From positions 146,630,001-146,694,000 of the forward strand of contig OX597817.1 of NCBI GenBank assembly GCA_951406725.2: 64,000 nucleotides of DNA. The letters run 5' to 3'. Made by a program: the position numbers and the translations under genes. Position 1 is the stretch's first letter. Each line of letters starts with the position of its first letter. This stretch comes from Octopus vulgaris (lineage: Eukaryota). The notes under the pieces are model-generated. The model saw only the letters and a list, made by a program, of their open reading frames with translations. It was not told the origin of the DNA and did no database searches. This document shows, piece after piece, positions 41,401 through 49,775 of the stretch.

Positions 41401-43140
41401 CTTTATAGCCTTACATTATTTACATTTGATGGATATTTGTCCTCATCTTGTTTGTTGATAATATGTTTCAGCTGATATACCCTCCTGCCTTCATCAGGTG
41501 TCTTGGGGAAATTTCAAACCTCGGTTTTCATTCCTAAGGTATTTTTTGATGTTATTATTATTATTATTGTTCAGGTCACTGCTTGGAATCGCACTCGGAG
41601 TCTTGGGGTTAGAAGCCATATCCCTGTTGGCATATGGCGTAGTGGTTAAGAACGGGGGCTACTGACCCCAAGATTCCGAGTGCGATTCCAAGCAGTGACC
41701 TGAACAATAATAATAATATCAAAAAATACCTTAGGAATGAGAACCCAGGTTCAAAATTTCCCCAAGACACCTGATGAAGGCTGGAGGATATATCAGCCAA
41801 AACGTTGTGCTAACAAACAAGATGAGGACAAATATCCATCAAATGTAAATAATGTAATTTGTGTACGTAATTCTTCATCTGTATTTTTATAGCTTTATTA
41901 GGGGGTAGCTTTTATAAAAACCTAATAACTGGGTTAATTACATAACTGTTCAAGTATGAATATGTATTTAATGTATGGACTTCCTGTTACTTTGTTATTA
42001 ACTTGTAGTGTTATAATTATTTCCAAAGTTATCCCTCATATGACTCCAGTTTTACTGTAATTGTAGAAAGATTATCACCATTTATCATTTAACATCCGTT
42101 TTCCATGAGTTATGGGTTGCATGGTTTGAAAGGAGCTGGCAAGTTGGAGAGTTACTCTAAGCTCAGTTTTCTGTTTTGGCATGGCTTCTGTGCACCCCTC
42201 CTAATGCCAACCACTTTACAGAGTGTATTGTGTGATTTTTACATGGCACCAACATTGGATGCCCTTCCTAAATCCAACCACTTTACAGTGTACTGAGCCA
42301 CTGGTCTTGTAGGTTGTCAAGTACTTACAAGAGAAAACTCCACTTCCTTGATTTAGTAGGAATATATCTTAGAGAGGTATAGGTGGTGTTATTACAGGTG
42401 TTGAAAGATTAAAGTGTAAGGAATATTTAGAGGGGATAGATAGCCTACATTATATAAAGGTGGGTGGGAATAATTAAAGAAGGTAACGTTTTCCATGCTA
42501 GCATGGATTGGACGGTTTGACTGAAAACTAGTAAGCTGGGGCACTGCACCAGGTTCCGATTTGATTTGGCAAGGTTTCTACAGCTAGATGCTCTTCCTAA
42601 TGCCAACCACTCTGAGAGTTGGTGATTGCTTTTTATGTGCCACCGGCATGGGTGCCATTGACCTGACACTGGCAATATGCTCACAGCTAAATCAAAATGA
42701 ACAATTTGTAATCTGGCCATTTTTGAGAAATTTGCAGAGTTCTGAGTTCAATTCCAGGCAAGACACTAAGGTGAATCACATGACACCTGAAGAAGGCTGG
42801 AGCATACAACAGCCGAAATGCAATGAAAAATAACAATCAAGATGAGGACACCAGTTCAACCCATACAGGATATATTCCTCATCTTAGAAATACAGAACTG
42901 CAATATTTGGAGGATTAGAAATCCCTAAGAGAATGATGCCTCAGTATTCCCCCCCTGCCCCACTCCTCATTGGTTTTGTGTTTGTTTTACCTGTTCTAGC
43001 ATGGGTTATAAATTCTTTAGTTATTGTTATATTAATGATTTGCTTAAATTCTTTCTCTCATATGTATTGCAGTATTTCTCTTATTTCTTTTTCTATTTTC
43101 TTTTCACTTTCAGACTTTCTTCTCATCTCTAAAGTCTTGA
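2662..43140 (+). CDS. XPOT: Exportin-T (tRNA nuclear export receptor, importin-beta family); 24 visible coding exons, N-terminal exon(s) upstream of the window
   Basis: The spliced translation follows vertebrate XPOT as I recall it, in order: FFFLQVLE, NKIAQLFS..WPTYF, CLEVVGKFISWIDINL, HEDDDIS, GEEEAMF, ETVVRYEKFF, MAFLDERGLR, DDQLFIYET, TMKQCGC, FDLNDAQTV. All introns are GT-AG with matching phases; total 2737 nt. Confidence 0.97.
4094..4312 (+). mobile_element. TTAA-flanked (piggyBac-like) MITE, family 2, degraded
   Basis: Homologous to the copies at 31274, 36929 and 37662. Confidence 0.7.
4615..4684 (+). CDS. XPOT: XPOT visible exon 2 (YQTAGSEDQQIVREFLMTCLQMQ)
   Basis: ttttag acceptor, gtcagt donor; phase 2 in, phase 0 out. 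Confidence 0.9.
4996..5678. mobile_element. TTAA MITE carrying a nested head-to-tail doublet of family-1 TTAA MITEs (5022-5244, 5257-5478)
   Basis: TTAA-CCCTT...AAGGG-TTAA termini. The host MITE is split at a TTAA; an unsplit homologue lies at ~32800-33025. Confidence 0.8.
7141..7359 (+). CDS. XPOT: XPOT visible exon 3 (ASSVTKDKSFLKNKIAQ...IIHSDH)
   Basis: tttcag / gtaagt; 219 nt; lies inside ORF 7114..7389. Confidence 0.96.
7614..7832 (+). mobile_element. tRNA-derived SINE, family B
   Basis: A-box-like agctagcagaat, B-box gagttcaaattcc, conserved gactttgcctttcat..gggtc..taagt.ccagt core. Confidence 0.8.
9470..9553 (+). CDS. XPOT: XPOT visible exon 4 (EADRNSNLKDAMREHCIHQLVDSWLQIM)
   Basis: ttccag / gtaaat; 84 nt. 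Confidence 0.95.
9651..10107 (+). mobile_element. Second head-to-tail doublet of family-1 TTAA MITEs
   Basis: Two ~220-bp copies separated by TTAA-caaatcattaat-TTAA. Confidence 0.82.
10773..11415 (-). mobile_element. RTE-clade LINE 3' end (ORF tail RDLWKCAVREKTRQDK*, tandem 3' UTR units, (GAT)n tail)
   Basis: The reverse complement encodes an RTE-type C-terminus and ends in a (gat)n tail. Confidence 0.8.
13729..13970 (+). mobile_element. tRNA-headed SINE-like element with (AAT)n and a decayed hammerhead motif (family H1)
   Basis: A/B boxes; gacac-TTGATGA-a-ggctg..cagct-GAAA-ct-tt-gtgtt at 13877-13922. Confidence 0.8.
14243..14512 (+). CDS. XPOT: XPOT visible exon 5 (TTYQSSQPDIACLCLEVVG...VMCPNE)
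   Basis: ttccag / gtattg; 270 nt. Confidence 0.96.
14586..14840 (+). mobile_element. RTE-type 3' module (tandem units, aagggcatccagctgtagaaac core, (GAT)n tail)
   Basis: The same module occurs at ~17200-17480, 28385-28560, 32380-32550, 33740-33980, 35040-35370, 40080-40585 and on the minus strand elsewhere. Confidence 0.78.
15321..15378. repeat. (TA)n microsatellite, representative of many (TA)n, (CA)n and (AAT)n tracts (e.g. 15540, 33676, 45260, 52335, 57935, 58350, 59300, 60560)
   Basis: Directly visible dinucleotide and trinucleotide runs. Confidence 0.95.
15896..15975 (+). CDS. XPOT: XPOT visible exon 6 (DEEGDYMAKLAKLVNGMGQNLFSCYQ)
   Basis: ttgtag / gtaagt; 80 nt. Confidence 0.95.
17556..17748 (+). 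CDS. XPOT: XPOT visible exon 7 (MLKTDINSAL...HEDDDIS...REHIQ)
   Basis: cttcag / gtaagt; 193 nt. Confidence 0.96.
18757..18939. mobile_element. hAT-type MITE
   Basis: TIRs CAGTGGTTCTCAAC / GTTGAAAACCACTG; near-perfect 8-bp TSD atttatat/attcatat. Confidence 0.75.
19022..19084 (+). CDS. XPOT: XPOT visible exon 8 (QMLIIIINKLKYDETYNFDIE)
   Basis: tttcag / gtaagt; 63 nt. Confidence 0.95.
19400..19615. repeat. GC-rich minisatellite with ~29-bp units in the intron between exons 8 and 9
   Basis: Repeated ggcacgtgggctttccgcgtggggg units. Confidence 0.75.
19686..19757 (+). CDS. XPOT: XPOT visible exon 9 (GEEEAMFQDYRKQVKIIFNNLAQL)
   Basis: tttcag / gtaagt; 72 nt. Confidence 0.96.
21232..21360 (+). 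CDS. XPOT: XPOT visible exon 10 (DSNMVLMTVH...YMLGEALP)
   Basis: tttcag / gtaagt; 129 nt. Confidence 0.95.
22438..22503 (+). CDS. XPOT: XPOT visible exon 11 (SSNQSFTSCKEKPSPLQEMMRL)
   Basis: ttttag / gtaagt; 66 nt; LQEMMR resembles human LQDMMR. Confidence 0.92.
22960..23585 (+). mobile_element. RTE-clade LINE 3' fragment, decayed
   Basis: Frameshifted ..DEGSCVKKCHTLTAEGTCGRGPRKTWDEEVKHD..DLWRSTVLEKTQPAK*, then tandem units and a (gat)n tail. Confidence 0.82.
24225..24344 (+). CDS. XPOT: XPOT visible exon 12 (LVSSGVS...ETVVRYEKFF...IPDVL)
   Basis: tttcag acceptor, weak gtttgt donor; 120 nt. Confidence 0.95.
24591..24997 (-). mobile_element. tRNA-derived SINE, family A, inserted in a hAT-type MITE that starts at ~24529
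   Basis: Reverse-complement homologue of 55955-56385; cagtggttctcagc TIR upstream. Confidence 0.82.
25331..25425 (+). CDS. XPOT: XPOT visible exon 13 (MAFLDERGLRNKSPQVRSRAAYLFSRFVKVL)
   Basis: attcag / gtaagt; 95 nt. Confidence 0.97.
25484..25730 (+). mobile_element. Family H1 tRNA/hammerhead element with a 15-bp inverted copy of its head
   Basis: actacgccttatgcc-cgta-ggcatatggcgtagt; A/B boxes; (AAT)n; degenerate hammerhead. Confidence 0.8.
26044..26630. mobile_element. Two family-1 TTAA MITEs in opposite orientation (26044-26272 +, 26416-26630 -)
   Basis: TTAA-CCCTTTCGTTACC termini; the two copies are reverse complements. Confidence 0.85.
26752..26920 (+). CDS. XPOT: XPOT visible exon 14 (AHLQDYLEH...DDQLFIYET...FPPE)
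   Basis: ttttag / gtagat; 169 nt. Confidence 0.95.
27017..27238. mobile_element. Tc1/mariner-type MITE
   Basis: Perfect 17-bp TIRs CAGGGTGTTCAAAAAGT / ACTTTTTGAACACCCTG with a TA duplication on both sides. Confidence 0.88.
28042..28184 (+). CDS. XPOT: XPOT visible exon 15 (RKRILIQKLLAP...NNAISFA)
   Basis: ttctag / gtaagg; 143 nt. Confidence 0.95.
29831..30218 (-). mobile_element. Two adjacent family-B SINEs (one degraded, one near-intact)
   Basis: Reverse complement aggcggcgagctggcagaaac..gagttcaaattcc..gtcgactttgcctttcatcctttcggggtcga. Confidence 0.85.
30975..31260 (+). CDS. XPOT: XPOT visible exon 16 (RISKGFSNQQTMKQCGC...LIMKFK)
   Basis: tttcag / gtaagt; 286 nt. Confidence 0.97.
31274..31500 (+). 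mobile_element. TTAA MITE, family 2, 14 nt after the exon 16 donor
   Basis: TTAA-CCCTTTAG...CTAAAGGG-TTAA. Confidence 0.87.
31544..31900 (+). mobile_element. Possible non-autonomous Helitron
   Basis: 5' tctctctatatataaa start; 3' gacccagcaacgggtaattag resembles a Helitron hairpin-plus-CTAG end; no TSD. Confidence 0.45.
33096..33285 (+). CDS. XPOT: XPOT visible exon 17 (KTISPFLREMF...EVIQDQ)
   Basis: tttcag / gtaacc; 190 nt. Confidence 0.95.
34413..34480 (+). CDS. XPOT: XPOT visible exon 18 (EAANFHQVLMTIVEGACNNPDPQ)
   Basis: atacag / gtaagt; 68 nt; tandem CAGAAG acceptor. Confidence 0.93.
35491..35539 (+). CDS. XPOT: XPOT visible exon 19 (IQKICFGILKRLIEVW)
   Basis: ttctag / gtaagt; 49 nt. 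Confidence 0.95.
36764..36879 (+). CDS. XPOT: XPOT visible exon 20 (GENGLVGFEEFVYQ...FDLNDAQTVI)
   Basis: ttgcag / gtaagt; 116 nt. Confidence 0.96.
36929..37158 (-). mobile_element. TTAA MITE, family 2 (minus orientation)
   Basis: TTAA termini; reverse complement of the 31274 and 37662 copies. Confidence 0.85.
37662..37888 (+). mobile_element. TTAA MITE, family 2, nearly identical to the 31274 copy
   Basis: TTAA termini; shares private variants with the 31274 copy. Confidence 0.87.
38200..38433 (+). mobile_element. Family-B SINE with a 16-bp target-site duplication
   Basis: AAGATGGAATGTCAAA at 38184-38199 and 38434-38449. Confidence 0.9.
39286..39333 (+). CDS. XPOT: XPOT visible exon 21 (ALGESAQCLKCILDKR)
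   Basis: ttccag / gtaagt; 48 nt. Confidence 0.94.
40639..40710 (+). CDS. XPOT: XPOT visible exon 22 (GDEVINYLQNEYFPKLQLSPDLTQ)
   Basis: cctcag / gtaagt; 72 nt. Confidence 0.95.
40733..41185 (-). mobile_element. 3' end of a CR1/L2-group LINE
   Basis: ..IIYSWKILEGLVPNFGI..NSLGFRGPQLFNILPKDLR..FKIKLDLFLSGVPDEP..RAAALNSL, then the tail ccccagcatggcctcagctcatgagctgaaactag. Confidence 0.8.
41298..41351 (+). CDS. XPOT: XPOT visible exon 23 (QFCQAYVMDIKSFKHFLK)
   Basis: tttcag / gtcagt; 54 nt. Confidence 0.93.
41411..41857. mobile_element. Head-to-head inverted pair of family H1 tRNA/hammerhead elements (41411-41624 -, 41629-41857 +)
   Basis: Reverse-complement arms with a 4-nt spacer; CTGATGA cores on both arms. 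Confidence 0.88.
42735..42900 (+). mobile_element. Divergent relative of family H1 with a hammerhead core
   Basis: B-box-like gagttcaattcc; gacac-CTGAAGA-a-ggctg..cagcc-GAAA; caagatgaggaca. Confidence 0.65.
43114..43140 (+). CDS. XPOT: XPOT last coding exon (TFFSSLKS-stop)
   Basis: Long polypyrimidine tract then cag; TGA at 43138-43140; parallels human VFFQRAKP*. Confidence 0.88.
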   Translation, partial: TFFSSLKS

Positions 43141-45047
43141 CAACAGTGGCACTGTAACAGTCAGCGGTATTCTGTTCGGCACAAGCTGATGTGGCAGTTT
43201 GAAACTTCAGCTGCAGGCTAGGCAAGTTTGCGAACCTGGTAGAGGTGTCCTCAATGCTTGGTAGCGTGCCCTGTATCCTGTGCTGTTAGATGGTTGGTTA
43301 ACCAACAGGCTTCCTGAGCCCTGCTCCTCCATGCTAGTGCAAGCTACAGTGACGTCTACAAGTTGACTAGCATCAATCACTACTCTTGTTACATACTGCT
43401 TCTTTTATATTATTTATTTGTTTTATTTATTGTATTTTTAATATTTTTTTTTAGCTTTATTTATTTGTTTTTATTTATATTTTTTTTTTGCTTCTTGCAA
43501 AATTGTGAGAGATTTTTAAGTTTTAAGGAAATCTTTTATGAGATTTGAAAAGATTTATTAAAAACCAGAAGGGTCGGTTGAGAAAACATTAAACCACTTT
43601 AAAAAAAAAATTTCCTTTTTAATAGGAAATAGAAGTACATTACTAATCCTTTGTTACTTAAGAAACAAACTCGTCAATTTAATAAGACGTAAATTTTAAT
43701 GAAAAGAAATCAAACTGAAGAGACCTTTCAGTACTTTTTACTTTGTTCTTTTTAGGTAGGTTGGGTGGGAATCTGTTTTAGAGGAATATAGGGCCTCAAA
43801 TGATGAGGGACCTACAATTAGCAGAGAATCACTCTTTTATTTCAGAATGGTAAATGCAAATCAAAAATAGTTTTTTTTTCTCATTATCAATGTTATTCCA
43901 AGATGGTGAGCTGGCAAAATATTTGGCAGTATTTCGCCCATCTTTATGTTCTAAGTTCAAATTGTCATCCTTTTTAGGTTGATAAAATAAGTACCAGTTA
44001 ACCAATGGGGGGGGGGGGGTGATGTAATTCACTTGTTCTCCCCCCACTAAAATTGCTGGTTTTGTGCCAAAATTTGAAACCAATGTTATTTTAATTCATA
44101 CAATTTTTTTTTAGTTTAAAAAATCATTTTTTCCTTCTAAAAGCGAGACAGTTTTTAGAATGATGAAAGTTTTAAAAAGCTAAACCTGACATTTTTCTTT
44201 CATTAAAGAGTGAAAATAAGTGTTTCTGCTAACTTCCCAGACTTCTCTTTTATTTTGTAATTAGATAAAAGAAATTTTTTTCTTAAATTACAATTTTTAG
44301 ATGTGAAATGGAAAGATTCCTCCAAAAAGTAATAAAATAAAAGAATCCCTTAACTGTACTGTTTTAGGTATGCTACTTATTTTGGCTATTCTAAAAGTCT
44401 TTTACATAAAAGAAAGATTTAGATTTCTTTTTGGTTTTATTGGAAAAAGATTCTTTGGTGATAATTATTTTGAATACAGACTTTCAATATGTGAAAGTTT
44501 ATCTCATCAGAAGTGGGGTGGGGGGCTTAAGGTTTATGGTTTTCACTTTTGAGTTTACATTCTGCCAGTATCAACTTGGATTTTCTTGTGAGTTGATAAA
44601 ATAGGTTAGGCTTCTAAGTTCTTGTTAAGCTTTTAGTCCTTTGTGACTGGAAGGGCCGTTATATCATGTTTCTGGGAAAGTTAAGTTTTTTTTTTTCCTT
44701 TGTCTGATAATTACTTGGTTAGAGTGATATACATGTGTATGAATTCACATTTACATACACACACACATATACATACGCACACACACATATACATACACAT
44801 AGACACACACATACATACATGTGTGTGTGTAGATATATACATACGTGTACATATATACGCACATTTACATACATGCAAATAGTATATACATGCATACATA
44901 TATATGCATTTACATACAGTTACATGCATATATCATCATTTAATGCCCGTTGTCCATGCTGGCATGGGTTGGACGGTTTGACCAGACCTGGTCGAACTGT
45001 TCAACCCAAGCCAGCATGGGTTAAATGATTATATATATATATATATA

Positions 45048-45257
45048 AAGGGTGATAAGCTGGTAGAAACGTTAGCATGCCGGGCGAAGTGCTTAGCCGT
45101 ATTTCGTCTGCCGTTACGTTCTGAGTTCAAATTCCGCTGAGGTCGACTTTGCCTTTCATCCTTTCGGGGTCGATAAATTAAGTACCAGTTACGCACTGGG
45201 GTCAATATAATAGACTTAATCCGTTTGTCTTTGTTTGGCCCCTTGCGGGTAGTAAAG

Positions 45258-45262
<5 letters not shown>
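45048..45262 (+). mobile_element. Family-B SINE in the putative XPOT 3' UTR
   Basis: Homologous to the 38200 copy. Confidence 0.85.
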
Positions 45263-45302
<40 letters not shown>

Positions 45303-46135
45303 CCAAACCCATACTAGCAGGGAAAGCGGATGTTAAACGCTGATGATGATGATGATGATGATGATATATATTAGTATAAAATCTCACAATTTCTTCAAGT
45401 TTGAGTCAGTTGCCATTTATTTAGTGTTAACTCTAATACCAGTTGTTTCTTCATCAATTTTATATGAATGATCTTCAGTTCTATCTGTTTATCCTCTTTA
45501 TCCAAGCAAGATGAATGTCTATCTAAAGTTATAAACCGATTTAAGTCTGTTGCTGTTTTTAATGTGTTAATATTTCCACCCAGTTGCCTACTACTTGCCG
45601 TGGAGTGAATGTTTATCAAAACATTGAAATGCAGCAGGAAGCATTCTTGCATGTTCTACCAATAAATGTTAAAAATGGAACCAAAGCATTCTTGCATCTG
45701 TTGGTTAAGCCTTCCCACCAACATCATCAGCTCTGGCGGATTCTTTTTGTCATTGAGACAATTCTTCTCACCTTCATTCTAGAAGGATGTTTATTAATTA
45801 ATGTTCATTAATTAATGTTTTAGTTAATTTTACTGACCTCTATATTAGGGCTTGGACCGAATGAGAGCTTGCTGTTAAAGCAGTGCTGAGATTTCTGGAC
45901 GATGTCCAGTTGTTGCACATTTTTTGAGACTTTGTGATTCTTTACAATTTTTTTTTTGTTTACAGAGAGTTTTGAGTAATTAATTCTATTTTAAGGTTTG
46001 GTGTTTGGCTGTTAAAGATATTCAACAGTTTTAAATGTTGCACGTCAAATTGTTTTTTGGACCAATGATTGAATGGTCTGTCAACAGCTACAAACTAAAA
46101 TGGAATTTACCAAGTCTTGCAATTTTCTGAGCAAA

Positions 46136-46141
46136 AATAAA
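46136..46141 (+). promoter_or_regulatory. Candidate distal XPOT polyadenylation signal (would give a ~3 kb 3' UTR)
   Basis: AATAAA followed about 25 nt later by a U/GU-rich tract (ttctttttgtgtgttt). Another AATAAA lies at 44331. Confidence 0.4.
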
Positions 46142-46607
46142 AAGTTAAAAATTCAAACATTCATATTCTTTTTGTGTGTTTATTGTTTTAATGCCAAGGA
46201 GTCATTCTCTGAGTGGTGAGGATTTGTTATCTTTGGGTAGCTTTCATCTTTTACTTGTTTCAGCAATTTGACTGTGGCCATGCTGGGGCATCACCTTGAA
46301 CGTTTTAGTTGAATGAATTGACCTCAGGACTTATTTTTTAAAGCCTTGTATTTTATTCAGCTGGTCTTTTTGCCAAACCACTGAGTTACAGGGACATAAA
46401 CATACCAACACAGGTTGTCAAATGGTGGTGGGGGAAAGCGCGCATGCACGCACACACACACGCATGGAAAATGGATGTTAAACGATGATCATGATGATGA
46501 AGACTGTTGAGGGTCTCGGCAGTTCCTGGGAGCTGCAGTTGAAAACTGATCTTGTTTCTTCTATCATAGTCAATTGGTTGCTGGTGATATTGTTGTTTTT
46601 ATAGTTT

Positions 46608-46711
46608 TTTACACATTTCAGTCATTTCACTGCAGCCATGCTGGAGCACCACCTTAATTTGAAGAAGTCAACCCAGGTCTTATTCTTTGTAAGCCTAATA
46701 CATATTTTATC

Positions 46712-46742
<31 letters not shown>

Positions 46743-46998
46743 AAATGTTAGGTCTTGAGAATATAAACACACCAACATCAGTTTTCAGGCGATGATGGGG
46801 AGACACACAGACACATAAATATATACTCACACACACACACAGAATGGGCTTCTTTCAGTTTCTGTCTACCAAATCCACTCACAAGGCCTTGTTCATCCTG
46901 AAGCTATAGAGGACACTTGCCCAAGGTGCCATGCAGTGAGACTGAACCCAGAATCATGTGGTTGGGAAGCAAGGTTTTTACCACACAGCTGCGCCTAT
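46608..46998 (-). mobile_element. Family-A SINE
   Basis: Homologous to the 55955 copy. Confidence 0.8.
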
Positions 46999-47808
46999 GC
47001 TGTTTATTGTTTGACAGACGTGCTGTTTTTGGCCCTGCCTTTTCAAAGATCTTTCTTCTTTGGGGCTGACTGGTGTCCTATCACTTCCACCGATGTGTTT
47101 TCTTCCTCCTCATCTTTCCTCCTCCCTGGATCAACTTCTGTTGGTCTTAGTATTCTTTTTGAATTGTCTCATCTTTTCATTCCATCATTAACTTGTAGCA
47201 ATTTATGACAGGTGTATGTCAATCATTTTTTAATGTATGGACCCCTCTGATTCCAATCTTATAAAAAGGTCTCATTTTTGTAAAGAATTAAATGTTAGCA
47301 ATTGCATAAAAAGATCGCTGTATAAGCAAAAAAAATATATGGGCACCGTTTGAAACCGACTGGTTTAAGGGGAGAAATTAACTACGTCCATCTCTGATCT
47401 CGGAGGACCTTCAAAGGCTATGGGTTATGTCCCATCCTCTAGACCTAAATATAAAATTATATGCAAGATCTTGCTGTTCTTTTGCTTTTATGTAACGAAG
47501 TTCATAAAAATCATTTGTCTTCCTTCGACGGTTTAGAGCCTTATGTAAGGGAAATAACTCTGAATAATAGTCTCCCCTGAATAACTTGCGCAAGTATAGT
47601 TTTATCTTTTTCTTTTACCAGTTATATCCTTTTGACTGCGATCATGCAAGGACTCTATTCCCTCGCGTTGATCACGTATTTCAATCTGATATTTATTTTA
47701 TCAATTAACCTTTGACATCTTTGACATAAAGTCACATAACCATGGTTACTAGAACTTCGAGTAAGCTGAAAAGTTTTAAAGAAACTAAAGGTACGTATGT
47801 ACAAATAA

Positions 47809-48060
47809 GTGGAGTCACGTGGCTTAGTGGTTAGGGTGTCAGCACCATGATCGTAAGATTGTGGTTTTGATTTCTGGACCGAGCGACGCGTTGTGTTCCT
47901 GAGCAAAACACTTCATTTCACGTTGCTCCAGTCCACTCAGCTGGCAAAAATGAGGTACGCTGCGATGGACTGACGTCCCGTCCAGCTGTGGTACACATAC
48001 GCCATAGAAACCGGGAAAGCGGGCCCATGAGCCTGGCTAGGCTTTAAAAAGGCGCATTTA
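47809..48060 (+). mobile_element. tRNA-derived SINE, family C
   Basis: tggcttagtggttag A-box; CORE-like gtgttcctgagcaaaacacttc; ctgcgatggactgacgtcccgtccag block. Confidence 0.7.
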
Positions 48061-49442
48061 TTTTTTATGTACAAATACACTCACTTTAGTGCAGGGATTC
48101 TCAAACGTTTTGGGCCACATAATGCCTTCAGCGACCCCATTCCTATTTTTATGTATAAATAAATATTGATATTTTACTAATTCATATATACTACTAATCA
48201 TTTGATATTTAATATATTTTATAATTTGTATACAATGCTATAACAATATAATAAATTCCTAGCGTCCCCCAATCCACTGACTTCCTCTCGACGCCTCCTT
48301 TTTCTCTACTGCCCCCTTAGGGGTCAATTTGTTCGACGAAAGGCGCTACTCCAGCATGGCCGCAGTCAAATGACTGAAACATATAAAAGAATCATGTGAA
48401 AAATATGATTGAATGAATATAGAAATTCAAGTTCTATACCCAGAAACTACAGTATTAGGACGGAATTGTACAGCATGCCATGCACGATCCGTAAGTTCTG
48501 CTGGATTTAGCTCGACCGATTATTTTGATCGTGGAAGGTGCGCTTTGCAAGTCTGTTCAATTGCTTCGCTATCCTAACATGGGTCCTAGGACTTGAGACA
48601 GTATAATATAATCCAAGGTTTACCTTTCACTACCAAAGCTAGTACTCTACAGTACTTCGTATCCTGAGTTCAAATATGACCACCGTAAATGAGTACCAGT
48701 CAAGTGCTCCACCTGTTTCAGTAATACTCCAAATACTTGTTACCTTGCAAATATGTGGTCACCTCTCTCTGTAGGCAAGTGGTTAGCGTGTTGGGTTCAT
48801 AATTATGAAGTCTTGGGTTCGCCTCCTGGACCGGGTGGCATGTGATATTTTAGGCAGGGGGAATCGTTTCACGTTGCTTCAGTCTGCCTAACTGACAATG
48901 TTCCATTGGATCATAACCAGGATGGCCAAGAGTCTGGGTATCCTCGCGGCTACGTCCTCACCTAAAACAATTAGCGGAAGCATGCTACAAGCTACCAAGA
49001 AACTCTCGCTTTCACGTTACGGTTATACCTATCTTTAGGTGATTCTCTTCCCTGCAGTTAAATATCAAGGGTTTCTAATGAGGTAATCTTAGCCCCATGG
49101 TTTACTACGGGTCAATTTATGTACATGGTGGGGTCCCAGTCTCTTCCACAGAGGCTGGCCACAAGTCTGTATTCCGTCAAGAAAGTTCCCTGGATGCGCC
49201 ACACATGTTACTGTCATGCCCTCTAAGCTATTGACCTGGTTTAGGTTCTGCTGCTTCAGTCTTCGTACACTTAAGGTGTGACATCCTCTGTACGACCATC
49301 CTTCCGAGATTGTGGATATCTTCAACTTAGTTTTTTTTGTTCACCAGCCGAAATTGGGTAGCGTGATGTGGGCATCAGTGTGTACCATCGACTTCTGGGA
49401 GCCATAATTGAGGGATGAATAGTGGTCGGAGACCAGTGCTCC

Positions 49443-49775
49443 TCTTTTACTTGTTTCAGTCATTTGACTGTAGCCATGCTGGAGCACCACCTTTAGTCGA
49501 GCACATCGATCCCAGAACTTATTCTTTGTAAGCCTAGTACTTATTCTATCAGTCTCTTTTGACGAACCGCTAACTTACGAGGACGTAAACACACCAGCAT
49601 CGGTTGTCAAACGATGTTGGGTGGGTGGGACACACACACACACACACTATATATATATATATATATATATTTATATACGACGGGCTTCTTTCAGTTTCCG
49701 TCTACCAAATCCACTCACAAGGCTTTGGTTGGCCTGAGGCTATAGTGAAAGACACTTACCGAAGGTGCCCCGCAG
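49443..49775 (-). mobile_element. 5'-truncated family-A SINE
   Basis: Homologous to the 55955 copy. Confidence 0.8.

Noticed and set aside
48920-49440. GC-balanced segment, possibly a LINE 5' UTR with an HDV-like ribozyme
   Set aside because: I could not build the nested double pseudoknot or link the segment to an ORF.
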